From Takakia lepidozioides (lineage: Eukaryota > Plantae > Bryophyta): a DNA stretch of 64,000 nucleotides. Under the pieces are notes generated by a model. The model worked only from the letters and a program-made list of their open reading frames with translations. It did not search any database and had not been told where the DNA came from. Position 1 is the stretch's first letter, and each line of letters opens with the position of its first letter. The stretch is taken from NCBI GenBank assembly GCA_030704615.1, contig CM060734.1:59272001-59336000 (forward strand), read 5' to 3'. A program made the translations under genes and the position numbers. Positions 35,896 through 48,838 of this stretch are shown here, piece after piece.

Positions 35896-38800
35896 CCGCA
35901 TTTGGCAAGGCCAATCTGTTTGAGGACTTCGAGGCCCATGTCGGGAACCTCTATGAAGATCTGGATGCCAAGGCACATTTGTCTGCCCTCTTCCCGTCTC
36001 TCTCGTTTCATTCAAGGTTCCGTACCGATGTTTAAAACTAGAAACAGTTAGCGTCCCTGAAGATTTTCAAATTTATCTTACGAACTGAAAGCATATTTGA
36101 GTTACAACTAGTGGCTTTACACAATAGGCATAGCTCAGTCTCTGAACACAGAACCAATACGTCTTGCCATGGAGATTTAAAATCTACGCTCAGTCTGTCG
36201 CAGAGAATTCTACTGAGGGTTGATGAATCATGACAGATACGAGCAACCGGCATGTTTCATAAGTTTTCCCGGCGGATCGAGTGGTTGGAAGCCCTCTACT
36301 CTCATGCCAGTGCCCTTGTAAGACTCTTTTTCATCTATGTATGTCTTATCTCTCTGTAGGAATCTACACTCCTTGAAAGGTTTTGATATTGACCTAATGT
36401 GGTCCGACAGTGCAAACTTCCTGCCTGCATCAAGTTATGCAAGGTTTCTTTTGGTTATGCACATACACGAGGGCATGGAATCAAATGGGTGGAAGTCGCA
36501 GGGGGCATTGGCAAGAATACTGCGGGAAGAGGGGCGCAAGAGCTTCAATCTACGGTTCAACATCATATCCATGTTCTTCATGTTCTCTCTGTTCCCAAAG
36601 TTCCATCAGGTATGGCATCTCCAATGTTACTCTCCAAGTTATGGAAGCATCTCCTGTAAGCCAGGTAGCATGACAGGTTCTATGCTTACTACAGACACAG
36701 GAACAAACAGCCCAAAAGGAACAAACAGCCCAAAATGACGTAAGAGGTGAAGAAGGCAAAGCCTCTATGGCATGAGTAATTCAGACTACTCTTAGTGCAA
36801 AATATCTGTGCATTCAGAAAAGAGCTCATGACAAAATATGCCTCGAGAGTTTTGACAGAGTCAGCTGCCAGTTGAGGTGCTGTGGCATGTCTACAGTTTC
36901 TTTTGGAACAAAAGATTGGGAAGACCACCCTGAGCATGCTGGTCCTTGAGATCCAATGCACGGAGACACAGCTTGTCGAAGTATGCCAATCTGTCTTCTT
37001 TTCCATCATTTCAACTGCAGTTGAGCTCAGATGAACGCAAATAGTTGTTCATAATTCCTGACAGTCTGTTCTGTCCAAATAATTCAAACAAGTTGAAGCT
37101 TTCACACTGTATAAAGTGTTTCTGTGCTCATCATCACACTAGTCTTCATCAGACTCATTTCGCTTTCACTTCGTTCTTGTCTAGATTTCAACTGTCATGT
37201 GATGTGTGGAACAATGTTCCCTTTTTGTTGTGAACTGTCTAAAGAAACACCCACCTTAACTCATTTAGTAGAAATGCTGATCATCACCCTTGGTACGTAT
37301 GACATGAAGAGGAAAACCGCAACACCACCCTTTTCAAGTGCATGCAAGGAGTGGAGCATTGCAGACATTGGCAGCACACTCCAAAACTCTAAGCAAGTAA
37401 GCTGGGCCTTGGTACAGTCACACGGACAGCAACCCATGTCAGGAGAAAGTGGGAACAGCAAACACTAGCACGAGAAGGCGTGAATCATTTAATTGAATCT
37501 GCCATGTCGCTGCGGGTGACTGACTTGCATGGATTATAGGAAATGTCGAAGGCATTCTTGAATTGTCTCTTTTTCCATCTCTTTCTCTGTCGCATAAGCT
37601 CTTTGAGCTTTCCAGGATGTTATTAAGTACCATTCATTTCATTTCTGTTCTAGTACTGTCTCCGCCTAGACCCTTGGCCTTCTGTGGACTAGCCATCTTC
37701 TCTATCCATTAGTATACCAGGCCAATAGGGAAAAGGAGATCTTGCTTGCAATCCGTGGAACTTAAATGAGCTATGTTACAGGAAATGTTGCTTTACATGG
37801 CCATCAGTTTGCTGCACAATATAGCTGAGAATGTCAGCGTGGAGAAGCGAATGCAGAAATGCAATCTTGTGGTTGGTTTCCCTTCCCATGGTGTGCTCTT
37901 GGGTATCCTTTTCAGTACGGCTCAAAATAAAGCAAGGCACACCTCGCATTGAATAATCCCATTGTCAACCCATTTTGCTGTTCACTTTCATGATATTGTT
38001 ATGAATATGAACTGACCTTAACAGAAGTAAGAAACAACAGATTTTATTACGTATGGGGGAGGCACATAGCTTGTACTTGGTGAGGATCTCTGAGACACCT
38101 GGGTGCATTCGTTCACCTATGCATCGGAAAGTGAATAAGAGCTAAGGCCAAGCACCCGGCCATCAATGGTCTAATTATGCATAACATAATCCAACTGTTT
38201 GGATTGCTGCTTTCTGTGACAGGAACATTTATGTAAGATACTCACCAGAAAGAGTGTCACTCTGCTGACCATGTAAGCTCCCAGTTTTGTACTCCTGTCT
38301 TCCTCCAAAATCTTCCATTATGAGGATCAGAAATGCTTGGCAGCTTACCTGCACGAGGCCTTGACCCTTAGACAATCCCTTGAGCAGTAGTTGCTTTTGG
38401 GCTGTTTTTTGGCTCTGGTTTTTCCCATTTTGTCCCATAAGCTCTTTGAGCTTTCCACGGACGTTATAAAGTACCACATCATTTGTTTCCTCGCTTGTAG
38501 TATGTCCATTCAAAAGCACTCTGAAGGGAAGTCTAGGAATCAGATGTCAGGAACAAGTTCTTTCTCAGGATGCTTGTGGTGTTCAGGTGGTCCTGGTTGG
38601 GTTGAAACAGAACAGTCTCGTTTTTGAAGAAGTTGAGTATCTTCAAGGAGAACAAGAATTCCATGAAAGAGAACGGCATCATTAACGGACTCTCTGTTCT
38701 CTTCCCTTGCCCAAATGAGGTTGGTGCTCTGGCTCCTTTTTCTCCCACAGTGCCGTACTATGTCCACAATGTATGCTCATGCTTTCTTGATGGGATACAC

Positions 38801-41800
38801 TCAAGTGGGGGCCATGGTTTGGATGATTGATAGTGTGTTGTTTACGTAGGCTTGTAACGGTTTGGCCACATCTGGGCTGCCATCGCTGTTGCTTGCTGTT
38901 TTGAGGCTACTCTGGAACCTGTCTTTTGACGCCAGCCTCAGGACTGATATGGTTCGTTTCTTCGTCTGATAACCCTCCATTGGACAGCTTTGAAGTAGTG
39001 AGTCCTTAGACATGAAGAAACAGAAGAAATAAAGCAATGAACTGTATAAAGAGAGGGCGATCGTATAAGGTGAGGTGAAGCAGTGGCCTCACACTGATTT
39101 TGTCGGTCACTGTGCTCTCATATCGACAAGAGGCTGCGGTTGGTGAGAGGGTGCAGGTGAGGTGTGATATGATACCCATGCTAGTCACTCTGGTGAAGGA
39201 GCACAAATTTGAACATTTGGTGTGTCACTCTTCTTATGTGCAATTGAGAGAAGTTCAAAGGTAGAATCTTGTTGAGGACGTCTGAAGGCTTTGAAGGTAA
39301 TACAGTGATTGTAACCCGCGAGAAATGAGATGAAATTTTACTATGTAATGTCCGCGGAAGGCTCAAAGAGCTTGAGGGACAAGACAAAGCAAGAAACAAG
39401 AAAGAAAGAGGGAGCAGCCCAAAACCAATTATGGAAGGGACTGTCTAAGAGTCTAAGAGTCATGCAGATATGTAATGGAACAACTCAGTGAGAGGATGGC
39501 TACCTCGGAATAGACTACAGCACCTTCCACGGATCTCATAACGAAAGGACAGTTGAAGTTGAAGTTTTACTGTCTAGCGGATTTTCAGAGCCTACTGCTC
39601 AACGCAAAGAAACGTTCTTCACTTTCGATTTCCCTCCCTTATCCCCGGCGCTAGTGGGGCACATCACCTTGTCGGTTGTCCCACACTCCCTAAACCGCCC
39701 CAATACTCTTAGATGAGAGGAGAAAGAGCTGCAGTCTGCAAGGTTCTAGTATCAAGGAGGACGAAGAACGTCTCCCGATAAACAGCACTTTTTTAAAAAA
39801 GATTGGCTGGTTTCCAAGCTCGTCTGACCTGAAGTTCCATCACGTTGGACGAATTTCCCACAGGTTTTTGAGTTTGAGAGAGATTGCGAGGGCCCCGGTC
39901 TGATAGCCATTTGGGCGATATGGCTTGCAATCGTAAGCCGGAAGATGGCCTCGGTTTGAAGCGGTACACATGCAAATTCCGCATATGAATTCTGTGATGG
40001 TGTTGTACCTCTAGCCCCAAGTATTCCTTGTAGGAAGACAATTGCAGGGGATCCAGATTAGGGATAGCACAATAGGAGCCCAAAACTTATGGCCCAAGTC
40101 GAAGATCCACCTTTGGGGTGTGGCGCATTTCGCCTGAAGGTGTATGGAGGCAGCCTTGTCAATCTGTAAGTAGCGGTTGATGCAAACGAAATTTGGAGTG
40201 GATAACCAGACCCAAGTATGGGTGTGATTTCAATCTCTTGCTCATATGAGGAATCCCCGATCAGCGTGGCCATCTACAACCATGAGTTCGGTTTTGCTGA
40301 GGTTGACCTGCAACACCATCGGCGTAGAGAAGTACCAATTGTGTTGGTCCCGCACCCAAAGGCATCCCCGCTCCATTCACAATGTAGCCTTCCAAAGCGT
40401 CTATGTAGATTCCAAACAGGGTAGGTGAGAAAGGGCAGCCCTGTTTCACCCCAATATTGCTGTGCACATGTACTGAGGGCTCCCCTGCCACCTTGACTGT
40501 GCCCATAACAGTCTCGTACATAGATAGAAGAAAGAGCGGGGTGAAGAAGTAAGAAGAAGGGGAAAGAGAGGATGCACATGAACTAGTTTTAAGCTCAGAC
40601 TTTCTGGATTGGTTCAATGACACATCTCATTACCAATGACATTGTACTTCGAAAGTGTTAAACTGAGGTGTGGGATCCAGGTATTTGGACTGCTCTACAA
40701 TCTTTCAATGGACAGTAATGGGCGCTTGAAGTTTGCAGAGACAGAGGTTGTATCGATCATCTTACAGGTTATAATGCCTTCCGCGTACCTGTAATTGATA
40801 ACCCTCAATTCCAGGGTCTCACTCTTAATTTCAACAAAGCAACTAGTGGTTTGAGTCCTGATGGCCTGCCAAGTATTCATAGGCAGGGGGGCTTTCAACA
40901 TATTGCACTGTCATTAGCTAAGAGAAAAGGTCTTCAAATTGGTGGTAGGAAAGGGACAAATATCTACCCAATACCTGCGAGAGCGATCCTTGAATCCTTG
41001 CATGCCCAACTTGAATGTGCAACGAGTCTCTCCAGTTCTTCAGAGTTCAAGTGCTTAATAGGTCTACCTAGTCTGTGGCTGGTTGATGATATTGGGAGGG
41101 CTTGGAGCCAGATGATTTTGGCAGAGCCAATGAAGCTTCTCACTGGCGAGTTGCTGGCCCTGGCAGTCAACCTTACTTGTGTTCCGGCCAATTCAGAGGT
41201 TGTCCTTTGCTCCCACATTACATATCTAAACACTTCGGTCACATAACTTGCTGCTTCATGAAGATTCTCCTTTTTTTACTACGATAGTTACCTAACCAAT
41301 TCAGCACCTGCACCACCTCAAAGATCAGGCTGCAGTTTCTTAAGATCCTTATTTTGGTAAAAGCTCAGAAACTTGTGTTGATCAAGCAGCATAGTCGAAA
41401 GTATCTATTCCACAATGTGTATCAACTCCCTATCCTGAAGACCTCATATGTGGGACAGCTTATGTGCAAACCCAGGGCAATGGAACAACTCATATCCCAG
41501 GCTGTACGGTTTCAAGATCCACTTCTCTTCAAGGTAGCTGATTCCTGGCAGAGTTGCAAGTCTGTGACATCCATCTTGCACTTTTACATGTGATCTGCAG
41601 CCCAACTCTGTATGTAGTTGTAAATAGATAGGTAGGATGATTAGAAGAGAGGCACTAGAAAGAATTTTCAGTGTTTTGTACCTTGTTTGTTGGTCAATAG
41701 GTCATTCGCAATATAAGCCAGCTTGACAGCGCGAAGCCTCAAATGTTATTGTAAGTATTCAAATGTAAGTACTGAAGATGGTATTAGAAGAGTTGGGATA

Positions 41801-44538
41801 TTTTCCTTTCAAACTGGGGGCACTTACAAATCCATAACGACCTAAGTCACATTCAATGTCTGCAGCTCTTGAATGTGATGGAAATACTTCTGAGTCTGCT
41901 GTACCAGTGGAACAGGAACTCAATTTGACAATCATTGTCTTCCTGTGCAATGTTGAGATCTATTTGGTGTGCAGCTCCTTACCAGGATTGGTGAATCTGC
42001 TGTTGGCATCTGAGACATGCCTTCGCCTCCAGGTCAGTTGATTGTAGTTTTGCTTCAAGTAATCCCTCTGCTATGATTCATGTGACTTCAGGAAGTAAAA
42101 AAGAAATAAACCTTGAAACATCCTCTGAAAGCTCGAACAGCTTAAGAAAGAAAGCACTTCATGGGAAGCCAAAGAGCTTATGAGGGGAACTGAAGAAGAG
42201 CCACAAGTACGACAGGGCCCATGGACACAGTAGGAAGGGAAATAGAAAATAGAAATGGTTCTCTTAGAAAAGGAGGAAGGGGCAAATGTAGGAAGATGCA
42301 TGGGCAATAAAAATAGCCAGTTCCATAGGTCAAAATCGACTCAGCTATATTTCTAGTTTCATGAATTTGTGAAGGTGGAGGTGATGGGGACGTTAAACAA
42401 CATGTCAAGTATAGAGGACAGTTTTGAGACGCTTTTGGTGGAAACGGACCTACTCCAGTTCCTGGTCACCCATGTGCAAGCAGGCATAATGGAGGACGAC
42501 GTCATTCTTGAGGTACACCACATTGATTTCCTTCACTGCAAAGGATTGAGAGAAGAAAACTAGATCCATATTGGATTCAGGGGAAAATTTATTACCAGCT
42601 TGGAACAGGCATACAACATATGTAGGGTTGAAGTGCTTAACAGCTCGTATCAGACATGTCCCTTCAATTGGCTGTGGTCATCCATCTACTTCTGTAGCGT
42701 ATATGTATGAGTGCTGCAACATTCAACATCATAGAGTCCACAGGAACTCATTGGTCTCATGTTGAAGAGCATCCTATAGAGCAGACTATTGAAGTAAGGA
42801 TATGTATATACTTGATGCAATGGCCAACCAATCCAGTAGACAAATGAAATGAAATGGTACTTTATAAGGTCCGCATGTAGTTCACAGAGAAAGAAAGGTA
42901 TATGCAGTTGCAAGAAAGGATGTCCAAAATCAAAAGTACCCACTTGTCCTTCCTTCATATTGTACAGCTCTTTGCTTATAGGTTCAAATGCCATTATCCA
43001 TGGGTACAAAGCAACATGACACGTCCAAGCAGAATCACAAAATTCACATTGTAGTATTGAATGAATGGTTGGAGTCGATCATCAAACTAGAATGTGGAAT
43101 ATGCAGGTCACAATGTTTATTGGCGGAATTTGTTCAAATCAAACTGCAAGCCTTCTCTCAGATGCAGGGTTGGTATGTGGGCTTCCTTCATACGAATAGA
43201 GGATTACTCTCCAAGAAATTCATAGACACATCAGCCTGCTGATTGCAGACTTACAATCACTCCACCTTCATTCTGTTTTTATGTCTGATGTGTGTAGCAA
43301 GAGTTGCAATGGCTTGGTAGTTCCAGCAACTGAAATGAAATGCTGGTAGATCACTGACTGTGGATATGTAGTTCTAACATCTCAGATGGATAACTCACTC
43401 ATCGCTGTGGCTTAAGTCTGTTATTCCGATTGTGCGTTAGCAGGTCAATAAGATGTGCACTTTGTTTCTTGACTCAAGGTTGGACAAAGAATTGACCACT
43501 CAGGTATTTGATCCTTCCCATTACCTTGAAATTACAATCTGCACTGCATTGATACATTCACTTCCTGTACTGTTAAGCCATTTTTAAGCCAATAACAGGA
43601 AGAAGGTAGAGCATGGCAAAAGATAGGAGGAAGCCTGTGACACTTGACTTTTTGCTTTTGGACAACACTCAAGTTTTAGTGACATACACTTTCATAGCAT
43701 CTGGTGCTAAATGACATGATAGGTGCTAGACAGGCACATGAGTGGTCTCTATCCATCGATTTCAGTTCTTTGATCTTCACCTGGCTGCCTTCTGAACAGT
43801 TACTGTACACATTCTGCCAGTTTTTGCTCTACGAAACCACAAGGAGCGACCTTCTTGGTTTTGATCCAAAGGTAATTGGCCTCAGTATTCCCTATGTTTA
43901 GTGAACATACTTTTGCCTACAGATACTTAGTTCTTGACCTGGAGCTTGAATGTGATTCAACTTGTTCCAAATGAAAGCATCAAATTACTTGACTTATGTT
44001 GAGATAAGTTGTGGGATGTGGTTGTCTGTATTACCAGGTGGTGGTTTCCATTTTGGAGTTATCTCAGGTTCTCTTTCAGTCTTCTTCCCATTCGATTTGC
44101 AGCCTCCTCTATTGTGTACATAGATTTGTGCTGTACCAGACTGCTTAGGAAACTGCAGCTTCCTCTGTGCAACACATGTAGAAATATTTTTGGTTTCAGG
44201 AGCCGAAGTAACTCGTCTCTCTGGACGAGGAAGAATTTGTCATTCTTTTGGGTTGATCCAGACCAACTCATTGTTGCGGACTTTATGTTCCCAATCTATA
44301 ATCTGACAAACTCAACAAACAAGTTGCCTCTATGTGTCACATGGCTACCTGATCGATCTACATCTATTCATGGAATTTTCGCAAATGGCATTCAAATCAG
44401 GGTAAGAAGACGACGAAACTGAGTGACATTGCAGACATCATGGTGAACACAATAGCAGAAGTGGACACACAATGGTGTGCAAAGCTGAAGTGGTTGAAGT
44501 TTGCCAGCCACAATCTGGATATACTTCCAATGCAACAG
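35896..44538 (+). CDS. KAP3: Kinesin-associated protein 3 (KAP3/KIFAP3/FLA3 homologue, kinesin-II accessory subunit); many short exons, true start and stop not resolved
   Basis: Colinear exon peptides: GNLYEDLDAK (35896-35972), IRATGMFHKFSRRIEWLEALYSHASAL (36237-36317), GALARILREEGRKSFNLRFNIISMFF (36502-36610), QKIGKTTLSML, LLYMAISLLHNIAEN, VSFLKKLSIFKENK, LRLLWNLSFDASLR, GLLYNLSMD, ELLALAVNL, QDPLLFK|VIRNISQ, VEVMGTLNNM..MEDDVILE, LLYTFCQFL, IAEVDTQWCAKLKWLKFASHN. These follow the order of the animal KAP3 armadillo region as I recall it. Confidence 0.85.
39320..40520 (-). mobile_element. 5'-truncated RTE/RTEX-like LINE fragment in a KAP3 intron
   Basis: SNIGVKQGCPFSPTLFGIYIDALE..LLYADGV (ORF 40261-40623). 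Its 3' end at ~39320-39385 matches the family tail (CCC.TAAGCTCTTTGAGC...CATTT-like repeats). Confidence 0.75.
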
Positions 44539-44819
44539 GTATGACTGCTTTTCAACTTTGAAGACATGTCAGACAAACCATATCTAAAGCTCCCATTCTC
44601 TGGGTATGATGCAGAAAATTTCTGGACCTTTCGATCTGGTGCAGAGAATGGGAAGGGATGGGAAGGGATTGATGAGTAGTCTTGTTGTTAGAGCTTGTCC
44701 CATATGTGCTTTGCCATTGTTGTTGAACAGTACAAAGTTCTTTTCTTTCCCTGTCACTCTCCCATCTACCTCCTCAACTTTCTCCACTCATATATATGCA
44801 CCATTTGGGTCGTGGCCAT

Positions 44820-46185
44820 GGAACTTGATGATTGGGCTGTAACCTCTCAGTTCCACACCACTGGACAAGCAGGCTTCCGGCGCAACTGGTCCACCCTTGA
44901 CCACAACTTCACTCTTCGAAGTATGGTAGAATGGGCAACCTGCGACAGAAAAATGGTATATGCTTGCTTCGCGGACTTCCGAAAGGCTTTCGATTCCGTC
45001 CCTCAGGCCCTACTTCTTGAAAGATTACATAGGATGCAGGTCTCTCCAGACCTCACATGGGCCATTTTATGCATGTATGAGACTGTCATTGGCATGGTGA
45101 AGGTTGCAGGGAAGATCTCCAAAGAGGTGCACAGCAACATTAGGGTCAAACAGGGCTGCCCTCTCTTACCTACCCTATCTGGCATCTATATAGATGCTTT
45201 GGAAGGATACATTGTGATTTCACGACTTCAAGCTCTTGCTGCTTGAAGAGGAAACTCCGATCTGCATGGCCATTGAAAACCATGATCTTAGTTGTGCTTA
45301 GGTTCACCTGCAACTAGTCTTTGGATAAGTCAACCAGGATGAAAAGGTGTAGTTGTAGGAAGACAAGAACTTGTACCAACAGAACAACATCATCAGTGTA
45401 CAAAAGTACTGATTGTGTTGGTCCCCCATCGAAAAGCACCCCACTCCATACCCATGCCTGGGGCTGGTTATCCACTCACCCAATTTTCAGTTTGCATCCA
45501 CTGCTATGGACGATTGACAAAGGGAAAGGCTGCCTCCATACGCCTTCAGGCTTAATGCAAACTGATGGCTGAGTTCTGGGTAGCTGGTGTCCCAGTTTCC
45601 TGGTGGGAAAAAAATCTAGAACCAATGCAATTGTCTTCCCTCCAGGAAATGCTTGGAGCTAGAGGGACAACACCATCACCAATTCTATGTGCAGTATTGC
45701 ATGTGTCCCACTTCAAACCGAGGCCACCTTCCGGCTTACCTCTTTCTTACAAGGTTGCAAGCCCTTCCGCCCAAAGGGTTGACATTCCGGGCCCTCACAA
45801 CATCTAGCAGGCTAAAACAGCTAGTTGCAAAAACCTCCTCAGGTCTCCAACTTCTTTGGGCACCATGGATTCTCCCTGGCTTCAAGACTGCCACAACATA
45901 CGGAGGGAGGTGGAACTTCGTCCAAGCGTGACCGCAACCTGAGGCATCAGACTTCATATCAGACAAACCTGCTAACCAGCCAATTTTACAACAAAACTGC
46001 AGTTCTATTGAGAGCCATTCTTGGTCCTCCATGATGGTAGAATCTTGCAGCCCAACTGCCTGTCTGCAACCTTGATCAAGGCTGTTTCCAGGCTGCTTGT
46101 GCAGGGTACCACTCTCTTTTCTTGTTTCATTATTTCCCTTGTCCCATAAGCTCTTGGAACGTTATGAAGTATCATTTCATTTCTT
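44820..46185 (+). mobile_element. Second copy of the same RTE/RTEX-like LINE family, with an internal inversion
   Basis: QAGFRRNWSTLDHNFTL, FADFRKAFDSVP, KQGCPLLPTLSGIYIDALE on +. The YTDD segment lies on - at ~45213-45430. Tail GTCCCATAAGCTCTT..CATTTCATTT at 46141-46185. Confidence 0.78.
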
Positions 46186-46718
46186 CCTTCTTTCTCTGGC
46201 ATGAAGCAGGTTTAGGGGTTAGAGCTTGCCTAGAACTGGTCTGTGACTGTGTTGTCAATTGCTGGAGATTCCCTTTCCTTTTCACTCCTGAGAGAGGGCA
46301 ACTTTCAGACGTTACAGAAACTTGAAAGCATTGAATTCTTAGGACAACTGTTATTGAAACTGTGAAGCTTCTGTGATTCGGCCACAATTTCTATCCCTGC
46401 TTGACAGTTCTATCCCCTTCCACTTGATTGTTACAGGAGCAGGAGGTATGAGTGCATAACATGCAATTTGGAATTGTATGAGGAACGAAATTTTCAACTT
46501 GGCAAGATGGATTGATTGAGATCCAAGAAACCATGTACAGTAACAAAAGGCAGGCTCCAGCAAGCACTTCCCTAGAAGAACATGATAATCATACTCCATA
46601 GAATCATACATAGTCCAGGTGGATTACGAGTCTAACATTGACCCAAGATTTTGGGTAGGTAAAATTACATTTATTCAAAACTTGATCTTCAATAATAACT
46701 CAGCCAGGGTAAACATCC

Positions 46719-48584
46719 CTATCTTTTCCGCCGCTTATGCTTCTTTCCCATATGTGTTGATCCCTTGGCTTTCCCAGCCACATTCCTTTCTACCTTTCTG
46801 CTATCGTTCCTTCGCTTGGAACCAACAGAGAAGGCACTCAGAGCATCATCATTGCGGGGTCTCTTGTTCTTCTTGCGCCTAAGTATATAGCTCGATTGTG
46901 AGAGCCCCATGGCTGCCCTTGCCAGATTGACTGCCCGACTTGCCGCCTCCGTAGTTGGGTCCCGCAGATATTCAGGGACAGTCTTCAGATGAGCTGTCGG
47001 CTGTTGCTTACTCAGCACCTTGTCATGTTTCAACAGCTCCAGATCAGTAGGATTGTCTTCAAAATGCGCTTTCAAGCGCTCAGAGTTCAGAATCTCCATC
47101 CGCAACTCCTTCGCTCGTGCCTCCCTCACCACAATCTTGGTGACTCCCCTCATCACATCCTCTGCCCTGTACCGTAGAGATTCTACTGCATTTGTTGTAA
47201 GTAAAGGGAAGGGGACAATTTGTGCTTTCGTATGACTATGGCTGTAATCCCCACCACTCAACTCTGACTTGATTTGACTCAGTACCTCTTCTTCTTCTGG
47301 ACACACAAGCGAAACTGATATGCCAGTGCTCCCTGCCCGTCCTGTCCTTCCAATCCGGTGAATGTACCCTGATACACTCACAGGCATGTCCTGGTTTATC
47401 ACTGTGCGAACATTCTTGAAATCAATGCCTCTAACTACTCCAAATTCAGCCTCAGCTAAGCTTTTCTTGCCTGCATGTTTGGAAGCTGCCGCCCCTGCCC
47501 CTGCCCCTGCCCCCTCTGCTTCGTGTTGCTCCTTGCCAGGCTCGCCAACTGTTTGATAGAGTTTTCCATCATCAGTGGCTATAAGGTACTCAAACAAACC
47601 CATGTTAAACTGCTGAAGGATGTGTTGGCGCGAATTTTGGGGCAACTCTGCATTAAGAACTGCGGATTTTATACCAAACTGCTCCAAAAAGAGTTTGAGT
47701 CGAAACCCACCATCGATTGAATTGACGAAGATGAGAGCTTTCTTCTGTATCAACTCATAGCGCAGAAGCGCCAAGGCATACAGCAACTTATCTTTAGGCT
47801 TGCACTGAATAACAAATTGTTGCACTGTCTTCGGCACGATGCTGGCATCATCCGAGCCATCAACCTCCGTGAGAGTCAGAGTAACAGGATTGTGGAGCAC
47901 TAGTTTTTTCAGCTTGTCAACATCCGGGCAGGAGGTGGCGGACATCAGCAGACACTGGCACCGACGAGGAATATGGAGGGCCAGACTCCGCAGATCGTCC
48001 TCATAACCATATGTCAGTAACAAATCTGCCTCGTCTAGCACTAGCACTGACATAGACTCCTGAAGCGCAGAAGGAGAAAATACGCTGTGGGTAATGCATG
48101 CAGCGATCCGCGCTGGAGTCGCTACCAAGATGTCAGGTATTCTAGCCAATGCCGACTTTAAAGTTGAGGCTGACATGGTGGTTGCTAACTGGACCACCGT
48201 CAGCGTTCTCCCACACTGCTCAGAAAGCGCCACCACCTCATCATACACCTGCTGGCAAAGCTCTCGAGTCGGCACAAGCACCATCGCTCTTGGACCCGTG
48301 GGGGCGGACTCCTCAGCCAGCAGCTTGTGCAACAAAGGTAACAGATATGCAAGCGTCTTCCCAGACCCAGTTCGTGCCCGAGCCACTACATCTTTTCCTT
48401 CCAGAATTAGAGGGATGGCCTTCACCTGAATAGGGGTAGGCACTGACACACCTCGCTTACTGAGCGCGCGCAGCAACCGCGCGTCCAGTCCCATCTCCTC
48501 GAACCCCACTTCTTCCTCCTCCTCTTCCCCCTCCTCCTCATCGTCGTTCCTCCCATCTCCAGCTGCTTGCTTCAAACCTGCCAT
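46719..48584 (-). CDS. RH16: DEAD-box ATP-dependent RNA helicase 16 (DDX56/Dbp9 orthologue, ribosome biogenesis), single coding exon, 621 aa
   Basis: Uninterrupted ORF from the first ATG at 48584. Q motif PTPIQ, ARTGSGKT, PTREL, LVLDEAD, MSAT, HRIGRTGR. Dbp9-type motifs NAELPQNSR, EFGVVRGIDF, LRYRAED and HFEDNP.DL; basic C-terminal tail. Confidence 0.95.
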   Translation of the reverse strand: MAGLKQAAGDGRNDDEEEGEEEEEEVGFEEMGLDARLLRALSKRGVSVPTPIQVKAIPLILEGKDVVARARTGSGKTLAYLLPLLHKLLAEESAPTGPRAMVLVPTRELCQQVYDEVVALSEQCGRTLTVVQLATTMSASTLKSALARIPDILVATPARIAACITHSVFSPSALQESMSVLVLDEADLLLTYGYEDDLRSLALHIPRRCQCLLMSATSCPDVDKLKKLVLHNPVTLTLTEVDGSDDASIVPKTVQQFVIQCKPKDKLLYALALLRYELIQKKALIFVNSIDGGFRLKLFLEQFGIKSAVLNAELPQNSRQHILQQFNMGLFEYLIATDDGKLYQTVGEPGKEQHEAEGAGAGAGAAASKHAGKKSLAEAEFGVVRGIDFKNVRTVINQDMPVSVSGYIHRIGRTGRAGSTGISVSLVCPEEEEVLSQIKSELSGGDYSHSHTKAQIVPFPLLTTNAVESLRYRAEDVMRGVTKIVVREARAKELRMEILNSERLKAHFEDNPTDLELLKHDKVLSKQQPTAHLKTVPEYLRDPTTEAASRAVNLARAAMGLSQSSYILRRKKNKRPRNDDALSAFSVGSKRRNDSRKVERNVAGKAKGSTHMGKKHKRRKR

Positions 48585-48666
48585 AGCTTTCTTCACCAAT
48601 ACAACAGCAATCTCCCCCTCCACCAACCTCCTCTTCTTCGTCTTCTCTCTGCCCTTCTCTCCTACT

Positions 48667-48838
48667 AAACCCTAAACCCTCAACCCTAGAAAAGTTTCAT
48701 CCATAATAATCAACATTTCATTTGTTCTGCAAGAATTTATTACATACTTGATGCCAGCCCTCAACCCTAGAAACATTTCATCCATAATAATCAACATTTC
48801 ATTCGTTCTGCAGGAATTCATTACATACTTGATGCCAG
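48667..48838. promoter_or_regulatory. Telo-box motifs and an 81-bp tandem duplication in the divergent promoter region
   Basis: AAACCCTAAACCCT at ~48668. The unit CCCTCAACCCTAGAAA...CATACTTGATGCCAG starts at 48677 and again at 48758. Telo-boxes are known near ribosome-biogenesis genes. Confidence 0.55.

Noticed and set aside
4440-44538. Kinesin-8 and KAP3 as a functional gene cluster
   Set aside because: KAP3 partners kinesin-2, not kinesin-8; adjacency alone is not evidence without synteny or co-expression data.
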